Of a stretch of 64,000 nucleotides of DNA, positions 28,425-41,375 are shown piece by piece. The position numbers were made by a program, and so were the translations under genes. Each line of letters begins with the position of its first letter. Position 1 is the first letter of the stretch. The notes under the pieces are model-generated. The model was not told the DNA's origin. It saw nothing but the letters and a program-made list of their open reading frames with translations, and made no database searches. The DNA lies in assembly GCA_016748015.1 (NCBI GenBank), contig JAAOMT010000134.1, positions 1,060,757-1,124,756 on the forward strand, written 5' to 3'. Origin of the DNA: Geosiphon pyriformis uo1. Lineage: Eukaryota; Fungi; Glomeromycota.

Positions 28425-29225
28425 TATTACTTATAGAAATTAAAAATTATAATAATAAGTAAAATAGCCAATTAAAAATAGGCATAATAAAAAGAAAAAT
28501 CTTGTATAACATAAATTATGTATATATAATATAAGTATTAAAAGCAAAAAAAGTAGTTAATTCAAAATTTAATTCAATCTATATTTAATAGAATTCAATA
28601 GAATTTAATACAACAATATTTTTTTTTTTAAAAAATAGTTTTTTATAACTTAAAGTGGAATCACATTAATATTAATAAAATTATCTATTATTATCTAATT
28701 TATATTATTATTATTTGATTAAAGAAATATTAATCATTTCTTCACTATCAACACTTTATATTAATAAAATCTAATACTTAATTATACTGGACCAATAGCT
28801 TTTGATTATGGCTATTAACAGAATATTAATTTTTTGTTTTTTTTTCTTATTTTCTTTTTTTATTTTATTTTTTTATTTTTTTTATTTTTTTTTGTTTTAT
28901 TTTTTTATTGTTTACTAATTAATTAAAAAAATTAAGTACTGAGTATTTGATATTAAGAATAGTCTAATAAAAGATCTGAGAATAAAAGTAAAAAACTTAA
29001 GAATAGCTTATAAGAAGAGCATAACTATCAAAATAAACTGGCCATTATGTTAAAAAAAAAATTCACAGAAAAAATTATTAATTAAATTTCTGTTTATTAT
29101 ACAAAAAACTCAACTAAAATCTTTAAACTTCAAAATCTTTAGAAATTATCAATATTTCCAGCTATTAAGCACCAAGTTATAGATTTTATTATTTGTTTTA
29201 ACACTCCAAATAATTATTTATAACA
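28425..29225 (+). mobile_element. Solo LTR (F), A/B superfamily, TSD ATAT/ACAT
   Basis: Starts tattacttatagaaa (cf. tgttactcatagaaa). Carries the caatagct..gctatt core at ~28790-28820. Ends aagcaccaagtta..caaataattatttataaca like the A LTR. LINE ORF1 continues on both sides. Confidence 0.8.
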
Positions 29226-30405
29226 ACATACTATGCTATTTGAGTTTGGATTAATTAAGTCAATCAAAATACAGCTGGTAAAAATATAGCAGAAGACTAT
29301 AATAGAATTTGGGAAATCTAATTATGCTGATTTGGTTACAACAAAATGGTCTATTTTAATTAAAAAAAATATTATATAAGTATTAAAACTAATAAAAACA
29401 AGAAATTATAAGATATAAAGAATAGTAATATGATACTGTTTTATATATTGTTAGTAAAAATAAATACACATAATATCTAAAATTTTATTGGATTAGTAAG
29501 TAAGAAAACATGTGTTATTAATTAATATCTAATTACATATGTCTGGGCCAAGTATGTAATTGTCTGCTTTAACTCTGCTAAGTTATTAAATACTATTATA
29601 AAAACCATATTAGTGCTAAGAAACACCAATCTATACTGGTCTTATCTAAGTTCTGCTAAATATACAAAGTATAGAAATTTGGATTTTATATTATTAGGCT
29701 GTATTATAAGTAATAAAAGTTTTTTTGATAATACATATTGTAAAATTTTGTCTAAAACAAATAAAAACAGACTGGTTATTATTTATTCTAAATATTTAGC
29801 ATTTGTTACTTATCTTGTTTCTTTTGGTGGTATTTTTTGGGCTAAAATTATTGGTAGATTCTCTTTTTTTCCTTTTTTTATGTAAAATAGTTCAGAAAGT
29901 TTTGGCTTTTTTTTAGTAGTAGAGTTTTTTTTACTTGTATTAAAGAAATTGAATAATAAATTTGTCACTCTTAAATACAGTTTTATTAGTTTTGTAGAGC
30001 AAATTAGTATGTTAACTAAAAAGTTGAATGCATTCAAACCAATAATTTTTCAGTTTAGTCCTGAATATTAGCTATTAATAACTTTTTTATCACAGAATTA
30101 AGAGACAAATACAATAATAAATAAGATATGGCCATTAATAATAGAACTATTATAAAAATAACACTTTTGGATTTTTTGGTAGTTTCTAAATTAGAAAACA
30201 GTATAAAAAGTTTTTTAAATATAGTTTTAGGCCTTTTGACCAAGATAATTAATATTGATCTAAGTTTGGGATCTTATTTATCTCAATAACTAATCTTTTT
30301 AGAAGATTATAACATATAATATTAGAAAAATAAACAATTTTGCTAAACAAAAAATTATCATCTATTGGCACAAAAATAAAAACAATTCTATATCTATTAT
30401 TATAA

Positions 30406-31373
30406 TGTTACAAGTAAACTTAGTAAAATATTATAATAATATTTGGTGCTCTAAATCTGAAGAAAAAAAACTTGAAAGTCTCTATTTTAAATATTTATAA
30501 TGAGTTGTTGATATTAGTCTTTAAAGGTTTTTTGTTAGTTTTATCCATAAAATTCTTTGGTTATAAAGCACAAAAAAATGTTTTGACTGTTTGAGACTTA
30601 AGTATATAAGCTATTTTTTTGAGCTAGTTAAGTACAATCATTAAGATTTGGTAGTGTTTTTTTACTTTTCTGATAAGCTAACAAGATAATATTAATATTC
30701 AATTCTAAGAAAAGCTTTTTTTTTTACTAAGTTATTATAAAGTCTATTCTTAAACAGTCAATTTTACAATATTGCTGCTTTACAAAAATTAAAAATTAAA
30801 AAAAAGAAAAAAAAAATTAAAAAAAATTAGTATTATTAATTACCATAATTAAAAGCAATTAGTTTAAGTTGTTATTGTTTGAGGTAATTTTATGTTAAAA
30901 ACATCTGACTGGAAACAAAGATAAAAAAATAATTAATTCAGTTTAAATATAGAATTTGTGAATTATGTATAAGTGATTTTTAGTTTCAAATATTTTTTTT
31001 ATTTAAAATAATATAGATATATAGATAAAGTAAATTTAAAAGATATGGGTAAGAGAATATTGGGTTTTTTTTATCTATTTTTGTCTGTTTGTTTGTTTTT
31101 CTCTGCTAAACTACTTGTTTTTATACATATTTCTTATTTTATAAAATTGTTTTTAATCATTTATTATTATTAGCTATTACTTATTATTTCTGTTATTGTT
31201 TCATTTTTTTACATTATAACTAATTATTTTATGTTATGGCTAACTATTTTATATTATTATATATTATTTTGTGTTATTCTGAGTTATTACACATTATTTT
31301 GTGTTATTTTATATTATCAAGTTATTATGTTTTTAATTGTATTTTTTTAATTGATTTTTCTACTTAGATAACA
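30406..31373 (-). mobile_element. Solo LTR (G), related to H, TSD ATAA/ATGA
   Basis: TGTTA...TAACA termini. 31080-31320 aligns with 150-420. LINE endonuclease sequence rejoins across it. Confidence 0.75.
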
Positions 31374-31999
31374 ATGAAAAGAAAATTAAGGAGTTAGATT
31401 TGTCTTTAAATAATAAACAAATTTAATAAGATTTGGATATTTATCTTAAGTATCAATACCAATTACTTGAGTTTTGATATTGCTATAATAATTAACAATA
31501 ATATTATTAAACATATATTTAAAGTTTTAAAGATTGCTGATCAGTTTTTATTAGTATGATTGCTGTTTGGGGATTATTTTTTGGTCTTAATTTTGAGTTT
31601 ATATGCTGATATTATTTTGAAAAAAAGACTAATTTAATCTTGTAATATTAATTTAATAATAGCTAATACTCTAAATAATAGTATATTTGTGGTTTTTAAA
31701 AGTAATTTTAATAAAAATAATTCTGGTTACAGTATAAGTTTAAAGAAGTTTTTGAATTTAGATTTGTCTAACTTTTTTATTGGTTTTTTATTATATAAAC
31801 TTTCTATATAATTCAATTTTAAGAGTTTTAAAAAATGCATAGACTTTGTTTTGGTTAATAATAGTCTTTAAAGTTCAAGTTTTAATTAACAAATTTATTG
31901 TCCAGATAAATTTTTTGATACTAATTACTTGGTTGTTTTAGTGAATATTGGCTTGAAAAGTCTTTTTAGTTCTTAGTTCAATTCAGTATATAAACAAAT

Positions 32000-34900
32000 T
32001 GTAAATTTAATAATAATAATAAAAAATAATTAATAATTTTTTATATTAATATTTAATAAATATGACTTAATTATTATCTAATATACATAAATAAATTAAA
32101 AATTTACAATTAAATATAATTTATATACTTGTTATACATAATTAACTATTTAAACTAGTTAAAATTATACTATATACTTATAATTATACTGATTTTATTA
32201 CTTAAATTAGAAAAAAATATGCATTAATTACATAAATTAAAACCAATAATTATAGTTTTATTAATATTTAATAATTATATTATATTATCTAATAAATACT
32301 TTGCTAACTTATATAAATTATATATAGAATTAACAAATTATTATTAATCAAACTTTTTTATTATTATATTTTTATATGTAAATTTATATAACTAAATCTT
32401 TTTTTTGTGACTTATTACTAAATACTAAGCTATTAAAATAATAAATAACCTAACCAATTTGGCATTTTTGAGCATTAATAAAGTTTTAATATATTATTTA
32501 TTAAAAATTACATTTTTATATAAAACAATATATTTTATATTAATTAATATACCAAAAACTATAAACTATATTATTTATTATATAAATACTTTTAAATAAC
32601 AATTAAAAGCTATTTATAAATAATTTTTATAATATAAATACATAAACTAGTAATAAATTTACTAATAAAATTTAAGTCTATGTTTGAATTTAAATGTTAT
32701 ATTATAAATATACAACATTAATTAATATTAATAATTATATTATAAAGAATTATATTTTTGTTAAAATCTACTTTTTATTTAATATTCTTAATTAATATAT
32801 AAATTTAACAAATAAAATAGTAAATATTGTCTAATACAGTTATATTTTTAACTTAAAAAAATCTTTATTAATCAAAATTGAAAAAAAACAAAGAAAAAAT
32901 AGTAATACAAACTAATTTATTAATAATTTTATTACCAATTATATCTAAATAGTTTTAATAATTTTATTAATTTAATTTTTTATATATTATATTTTAGTAT
33001 ATTATTAACCAATAATATAGTTTTTTAGTTTTTTTATAATTGCTTTTCAATAAAAATATCCAATAATAAGATTTAAATACATATTATTTTTTTATAATTT
33101 TTAATAATTTATTTTATTTTTATTGGTTTTATTATTTTTTAATAAAATAATTTACAATTTATTTTTTAATTTAGTTTTATTTATTTTAGAATAATAATAT
33201 ACTTGTTAATAATTATTATTTTTATGCTTATTTTATTTATAATAAATTTTTTAAAATTAATATATAAATTAAATAATTAATAAAAATAGTATTTTTAATT
33301 TAATATTATTTAATATATGAATAAAAATTTTAATTCTGTAAATTTACAGTTTTTTTTGGTAAAATTTAAGTTTTAATTACTATATACCACTGAATATTTC
33401 CAGTTGTCTGTTTTAATTTATAATAAAATAATTTTAATTGTTATTTTTAAAGCATTAATAACTACTATAAATCTTTTATTAAAGTTTAAATAAGTTATTA
33501 TTTTAAATATTTAAATAATTTTTGCTGTTTTTTAATTAATTTGTATTTGTATTTTTAATTAATAATTAATATAATAATATTATATTTAAAAAGTTTTTAA
33601 AAAATTTAATTATTATTATTATTTTTTTGAATTGGTTTAATTTTATTTTTTTTAATAATATGTTTAAAAACTTAAATCCTGTTTTTTAAAAAAAATATTT
33701 GTTAATATTAAGTTTTAATTTAATTAGTTTTAATTGTTTAAAAACTTATTGTAAATAATATAAATATTTATTAAAGATATTAAAAAACACATTAATATTA
33801 TTCAAATATGTATTAACTAAATTTTATAGTATTTCTAAATATATAATATTTATAATTATTAAAAAATAACTGAAATATTAATTAAGTTAAATATTATTAT
33901 TTTGAATTTATGGTTTTTTTAATAATAAATTTTATCTTTATTTAATTTTTTGAATCTATAACTATTTGTTAGTATTTACTAATTAGATTTAGTATAAATA
34001 ATTTTTTTTTAAAATTAAAATTGAATAATTTTTTTTGTGTATAATATTATTAAGTTTTTAATAATTTACATAAAAGTAAATTTTTTTTTGTGCTAATACG
34101 ACTAGTAATAAATATAAATTTATAAATAAATAAATTAGTTTATTGTTTAATATTTTTTGATTTTTTAAATAATTTTATAATTAGCAAATAAATTTTAATA
34201 AATTTTTTGCTTTTGTTATTTTAATATTGATTTAATGTTTTATTATATCTGTTTTTCTAAATTTATTTTTGTTAACAAAAATATTAACATAATTACCAAT
34301 TAAAGTTTTTAATTTTATTTGTTAAAATAAATTTAAATTTTTTAAATTGAGTTTTTTTATTTTTTTTATTTGTAATAAATAGTATTAATTCAAATTTATA
34401 ATAAAAAACTACAATAAAAACAAAGCTAAACAAAATTAAAAATAAGTTATTAAGTTAACTGTTTTTTTAATTTAATGTTTAAACATTTAATAATATTATT
34501 AATTAAAATTTTAATTGTATTTTTCAAGATATTATAAATAAATATTTAAATATTTTTACGATTTTTAGATAAAATATATAAATTTGTAATAATTAATAAG
34601 TTTAACTAAAAAACTATTATTTTCGTTTTAAATATTTGTGACTAATTTTTGATTTTTTTAATATATAATAACAAAATAATAAAATAAATATAATTTAATT
34701 AATAGAAATAATTTTTTTTGTTTGCTGTTTTTTTTATTAATTAATATATTAATTTTATTAATAAATTCAAATTTTTGTATTTTTTTACAGTAATTCTTAA
34801 TCAAAATTAATTATGTTATTTTAACTAAGAATAAAAATATAATTTGTGTTTTTTATTTGTTTCTATTTTATAAATCTTTTTTAAATTATTTTATAATATA

Positions 34901-35460
34901 ATAATAATATTTTTTACATATTTGACATTTATAATTTTTTTATGTTAATTTTTTTTGTTTAACTAAATTTTAGTATAATTTGTATTAAAATAATAATATA
35001 AAGTTTTAAAACTAATAAAATTTGTTTTAATATTTTAAGTTAAATTCTGTATTTATTTTATATGCTTTTTTAAATTTAATGTTTTTTTAATTATTATTAA
35101 ACTATTTGAGTTTTAGTTTTTTTGATAAGTCTAAAAATATAATATATTTTTTGGTTTTTAAAATAATGTTTAAATTAGAATTGTTTTTTAATTTTAATTT
35201 TAATTTTATTATATATTATTTATTGGTTTTTTAAACTTAAAAATCGAATAAATAATGTACTTTGGTAACTTGTAAACAAGATTATATTATTATAATATTA
35301 AAAGTATTATAAAATAATAATTATACAGTTTAATATTTAAATTAACAAATTATTGTTTTTGTTTTTTGTGAATTAATATTAATGTTTAATAATAATTTTC
35401 TAAATTTTTTAAATTGTTTAATAAGTTAAATAATAATTGTTTATTTATATATTTATTTAA
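32000..35460. other. 3.5-kb AT desert
   Basis: Nearly pure A/T, no ORF in the track, no periodic satellite unit seen. Confidence 0.6.
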
Positions 35461-35505
35461 TGTATTGTTATGATTGAAACTTATATTTCTTATTAATTAT
35501 CACAT

Positions 35506-36401
35506 TGTTACCGGAGGTTTTTGGTCTCTTTTCTTAAATGTTGGTAATGTTGATTTGCTGTGAATTCACGTTTTCAGGAAGTAGTTGAACCTCCAATAAC
35601 TGAATTTATCTTCAAATTATCTCCTATAATTTGAACTGCTGGGCTTATAAGTGGAATGGCCAATTCCTTGCCAGTTACTTTATGTAGTTACGTTGTAGTA
35701 AACGTCAACTCTTTCCCAGGAATTGTTCGTCTGGAAGCTCACTAAAAATGTGTAGTTACTTTGCTGTGAAAGTCAACTCTTCTACAGGAATCTCGTCTGT
35801 AGGCTACCCTAATGATTGTAATAAGAAAAATAAAAGAAAATAAAAGAAATGTAAAAGAAATAGAATTTTGTCAAGGGAAACGTTTTCTATCCAGGCCTGG
35901 AGTCACTAACAGTTTACTGAAATTGGTAGCTAATCAATTTCGAAATGTTAGTAGGGTTTTGGGGATTTTCCAAGTACAATAATNNNNNNNNNNNNNNNNN
36001 NNNNNNNNNNNNNNNNNNNNNNNNNNNNNNNNNNNNNNNNNNNNNNNNNNNNNNNNNNNNNNNNNNNNNNNNNNNNNNNNNNNNNNNNNNNNNNNNNNNN
36101 NNNNNNNNNNNNNNNNNNNNNNNNTTGCTGAACTATTGATTAATTTGGGTGAACTATTCATAATTTCGGCGAATTTCTGTAAATTTCGGCGAATTTTTGA
36201 ATGTTACAAAGTTCAGGGTATTGTGTAATTTGATCATCTTACTTTCTGTTATACTAATTAGATTATTTTAATTGAATCGTGATATGTGATAATTGATTAA
36301 ATAATAAATGATAATTTGAAATGATATTAATATACTAATGAATTATAGGAATTATAAGGATAATTTCATGCTAATTAATAGCTAAAATTCTACTGGTAAC
36401 A
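35506..36401 (-). mobile_element. Solo LTR D (third LTR family) inside the 5' LTR of C, TSD ACAT; contains an assembly gap
   Basis: TGTTACC...GGTAACA termini. ACAT at 35502-35505 and 36402-36405. Empty site visible in the C 3' LTR (atcacatgtattag). Reverse complement of E. Confidence 0.88.
35984..36124. other. Assembly gap (141 N)
   Basis: Run of N. Confidence 1.
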
Positions 36402-37037
36402 ACATGTATTAGCCACTAATGTCATATAAATTAGCCACTTTATTTTTAGAAAGTGATTAATAACCTGACCATTGACCTGATTATTGACCTAATCATTGAC
36501 CACTTTTGATAGCTATATAAGTAATGAATCTCTTAGCTGTAGAAAAGCATATAAAAATTAAGGAAATCAAATAAATAAAATAACAACTTTTATCTCAATC
36601 ATTTTTTTATTGCTAATTTCTCTTTTTCTACTTTCAAGTATCCGAATATCTTGGAATAAAAGATTACTTGTTAGTTATTCCTTACCCTTTTCTGAAACAT
36701 GTAATTGCAATATTTGAAGATTATTGAATAAAACGTGACTGAAAAGTACATCTGATACCTAATATTGAATTCTAAGAGCATTGATGTAAAGCATAGAATT
36801 ATACCAGTGTGTAATTATTTGTTGATAATATGGACTATCCTTCTACCTTCAGATTTCCTGGTTATCTTTAAAAAGTATAGCAACTGAAATATTTTATGAG
36901 ACTAATTTTGCATATTGAATCCATACTTATTTAATTTGCTCTTTGAAGTTGAATTCCCTTTGATTCTTTTTATCACCCTACAATCTTGTTTTTCCTTGCT
37001 ATCCATTAGCTTGTTACTTTAACCTGTAACATAAAAG

Positions 37038-37054
37038 TGGTGTTCCCTGTAAGG
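37038..37054 (+). promoter_or_regulatory. Primer binding site of C (TGGTGTTCCCTGTAAGG)
   Basis: TGG-initiated motif 6 nt after the LTR end, near-identical to the PBS of A and B. Confidence 0.85.
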
Positions 37055-37089
37055 TTGTCAAATTCCACTTTGTTTTCTATTGTATAGAT

Positions 37090-40000
37090 GATTATTCATA
37101 CCTGCCACAACAATCAGAAAAACATTTTAAAGCACATAACAAAAATAATCTAGACTTTATTGAACTCAATCCTTTGCCCTTTTGCTTGATTTGCTTCCCT
37201 ATTAAAAAACAATCTAGCAGACAATTCCAAAACTTTTGGAACTGGTTCCTAAATGAGCATTCAGCTAAAATCTACACAGCCTATACAACTTACTACTTTG
37301 ACCAAGCTTATTTTGAAGACAACTTTGAAGAAAAAAACAACAGCATTAATCAACTTTTATACTCAACAACCTTTAAACAACAGCCCTCTGATTTTGAATA
37401 TTTGAATTATCAAATCCATTTCTGGATTGCTGCCCATCAATTAGTTGAGATTTCACTTGAAACAAAAAAAAAAAGCTACCAAACTGCTCCTGTTTTTGAT
37501 CTCTTCTCAAGTGAATCAGAACATTCTATACAAACAGCTACTTTTGAACCAATGGTTAATAATTCCATGCAACAAAACATTTTGATCACTCTTCAAGACA
37601 TACAAACTGCTTTAAGATAAAGAAACAATACTCTACTATCATTATTTAGAGGTGATGCACAAGATCCAATTGAATGATTGAATGAGTTTGAAAAAGCTGC
37701 CACAGCCAATCAATATAATAATGAATACAAGTTGCAAATCATTGGTAGTTATTTCCAAGACTCTTCTGCTACTTAGTTCTCACAAAAAACTGATGTTGGT
37801 GCTTACCAAAGAATCATTAGATGAACACCAACAAATGCTGGAGAAAAAAACACTTCTTTTACAACCCAGTTTGAAACTAAATTTAGAACTCCTATCTTAA
37901 TATCCAAATGGTGTATAAAATTGGAAAAAAGAACCCAAAATCCTAGTGAAGTTGTAACTGAGTATGCCAAAACAATAAAAAAATTAATTAAGCAAGTAGA
38001 TTTTAGAAAAAACTGGACAGAAGAGCAAAAGATTCATTCCTTTACAAAAAGATTGAGAATTGATTTTTTCTATGCTCTTTGGCCTCTTCTGGCACTGAAA
38101 AACAATTCCATAATGAATATGGTTATTGAATTTGCCCAGAGAATAAAAGACAATCAAAAAATGCAACTAGAATCCACACTTCTAGTTTTTGCTCTTGCTC
38201 CTGTTATGGCTTCTGCTTCTTAAATGGCTGCCACTTCTTTTACTGCTCAAACTCCAGATCCCAATGAACAATTAATAGATAGACTTACAGCCAATCTTAT
38301 CCAGTTATTAGAATCCTTAATCCAAGCAGTTAGAGAAAATTAACAACTCCAAAAACCCAGATTTGAACTCCATTTTAATTAACTTCAGCAATCTTCTTAT
38401 CAAAGACAACAAAATCGTGGTTCATCTGTATGTTATTACTGTAGATTAACTAAATATTTCTTCAAATATTGTAACAATCCTCTCTTGCTTTTTTCAGCTC
38501 TCAAAAACAATGACAATTAAAACAACAAAACCATCAACAACAATGTCTCCAACCAAAAGCCCAATCATGCTAACATCAATTTTTTTGGAGAAAATTCATT
38601 AGTTGAAGCCACTGTTTATTAGTCTTTAAACTAGTAGATGCACCTTCAAAGAGTGAAAATGCAAGCCAACTAAAAAAAAACATCTTTTATGCTTTTAACC
38701 TAACTAATGATAATCATAACATAAATGAACTAGCAATCAACACTTCTGAATCAACAAAAAAAAAGAAGAAAACCATGGTTAATTTTGTTATAAATTCAAA
38801 GAAAACTTTTACATCAACTGCTGATAACAATAAGCCCCCAAAGGTTAAAATTTTAAAAAATTCTCCAAAGTTGAAACTTCCAGAAATAGTACAAAAATTT
38901 GGCACCTATTTTGTTGTTAAAGATCTTATGGAAACCCCAGCACACATTACATTTGGCCAACTAATAATCAATTTACAGTTTAGAAAAAATTTTCACAAAT
39001 CATTAATACCAAAGAAGAAAACACCAAAAATTAACAAATGATCTTACCAAGCTAGACTTGCTGATAACAGCAATGTCACCCCTCTGATTTGTAAAGCTCA
39101 AGTGGCTGGTTACTTTATTGATCTAATCTTAGACAGTAGATTATCTGTTAGTGTAATTGCCAAACACTTTCTTAAAGCAATTGGCAGAAAAATTGATGAG
39201 CTTTTCACTTGACTAATGACCAACATACATGGTGATAAGAAAAAAAGTCTGGGCATAGCCAAAGCTATTCCTGTTTACATCAATGGTATTAGCATTAAAA
39301 CTGATATAGAAGTATCTAAAGCAAAAGAGTACACCATAATTGTTGGCAATGAGTGGCTTAAGAAAGCTAAAGCACTACTTGATTATGAACTTTGTGAGCT
39401 AACCATCAAATGTGGTAAAAAACCCATTGTGGTTAAATGTTGTTATTGGACAACTTCTCCAGTACCCAAGCAAAACCAAGAAGAAAAACAATCAGATGAA
39501 TCAGATGATGATGAGAGTGATAAAGAAGAAGATCAAGAAGAACAAAAAGAAACTGCTAAACTTGTCTATATTATTTTCATTAGCAATGGCAAGCCAATAA
39601 ACAATGTTAAAGCTGACAAAGAAAAAATTATGGTAAATGGCAAGCTAATCTGCTGGCTCTACTATGATATTTTCAGAAGAACCTTTGATAAAAAACCTGG
39701 CAAAAAAACAAAATACAGTTATTGATGGCATGGTTCTTGTGCCAGGTGTTGGTGCAATAAATTTTTGTATTTCCTAGTAATGAATGCAAGTCCTGCCTAA
39801 TCTATTATAAAGATTGGGAGCCAATTAGTTTAATACCCAGAAAAAAACTAAAAGAAGTACAGAAGTCTTTTGAAAATGAACCACCTGAAATCCAATCATT
39901 AATTGTAGAACAAAAAGAACCTTCTCCTAAAAAAAAAAAAGTGGATATTGAAAATCTGTTGGCTAAGAATAGCCCAGTTATCTCAAAAGAAAGTAATACC

Positions 40001-41317
40001 TCTGGATGAATTTATGTGATACAATATATCATTACCACAAAAAAAATTTGTCCCATTTATTTGAAGTCTTATCAATCCAATCAACACAATAATGAGTTTA
40101 TCAAGAAAAAAATAAACCAGATGAAAGATCTTGGATTTATACAAAAAACCAAAAGTGAATAAACTTTCCCAGTTGTAGTAGTATTCAAAAAAGATGGAAC
40201 CCTATACTTCTGTGTTGACTACTGCCAATTAAATGCCATAACTATAAGAGACATGTACTCACTCCCCAAAATTGATGCAATGTTAAATAAATTCAATAGT
40301 GCTGCTTTTTTCTCAATTATTGACTTAACTGCTAGATTCTGGCAAGTAGAGATGGATCCAAAAAGCAGAAAGAAAACCACTTTTATTACCAAATATGACA
40401 CCTATGAATTTACAGTTATGTCTTTTGGTCTTACCAATGCTCCTCTCATCTTTCAATGCCTGATGAACAAAGTATTTGAATCAGTAAAAAAAAACTTTGT
40501 TCTGGTCTACTTAGATAACATAATAGTCTACTCAAAAACTTGAGATGAATATCTTGAACATTTGCAGAAGGTTTTTGACCTGCTCAGAAATATTGGCCTT
40601 AAGATCAACCCAATCAAATTTTTTTTTGAATGCCAATCCACCCAGTTTTTTGGTCATTTTATTACAAAAGATGGAATCTTCTCTGACCCAGCTAAAGTTG
40701 AAAAAGTCCAGAACATTAGACAATCAATAAATGTTCTTGAACTATGCTCTTTCCTTGGTTTGGCCTCTTACTACCACAAATTTATCAAGAATTTCTCCAA
40801 AATTGCTTTTTCTCTCAATCAGCTATTCAGGAAAAATGTCAATTATTATTGGAGAACTTATCAACAAAAAGCTTTTGAAATTCTGAAGAAAAAACTTGTT
40901 ACTGAACCAATTCTTAAGCAACCTAATTTGGACCAACTTTTTATCCTTCACACTGATACATCTGGCTATGGACTTGGTGTTGTTCTTTCACAGAAACATG
41001 AAAATAGCAGAGAATATGCCATAGCATATGCCAATAGATCCCTTACACCAGCAGAAAAAAACCATTCAATTACTAAACAGAAATGCTTAGCAGTAGTTTG
41101 GATTACTAGTTACTGAGATTAATGTCTTCTTGGTGCAAAATTCTTAGTAGTAACAGATCATCAAGCCTTAATTTGACTGTGCAATAAAAAAAAGCTGAAA
41201 CACAAATAAATAACTTGCTGGATACTTCACTTGGATGAATTTGACTATGATATTCAATACTGCAAAGGAGCAAATCATCAAAATGCAAATGCTTTCTTTA
41301 GACTTACCATTCAGTAA
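37090..41317 (+). pseudogene. C gag-protease-RT-RNase H, interrupted
   Basis: FRGDAQDPIE (capsid-type gag), decayed CCHC at ~38430, LILDSR (protease), FCVDY, MSFGLTNAP, VYLDN, SFLGLASYY, ILHTDTSGYGLGVVLSQ. Stop at 41315-41317. Confidence 0.9.
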
Positions 41318-41375
41318 CAGTACAACTTTTCAAACCAAACCAACTTAATTATTAGTAATTTTTTCACAAACAAAC

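Larger units (their letters stand above)
27790..32000 (+). mobile_element. Very degenerate LINE (L3): ORF1 plus endonuclease region, split by solo LTRs F and G, head-to-head with L2
   Basis: KINGFEKTFTPLKFAEII (cf. RINGFGGASTPSKFPGII), TNLYWSYLS, YLVSFGGIFWAKI, YNIRKINNFAKQ, IDFVLV, FFDTNY. Confidence 0.8.

Noticed and set aside
35934-36161. ORFs spanning the N run
   Set aside because: Artefacts of the assembly gap.
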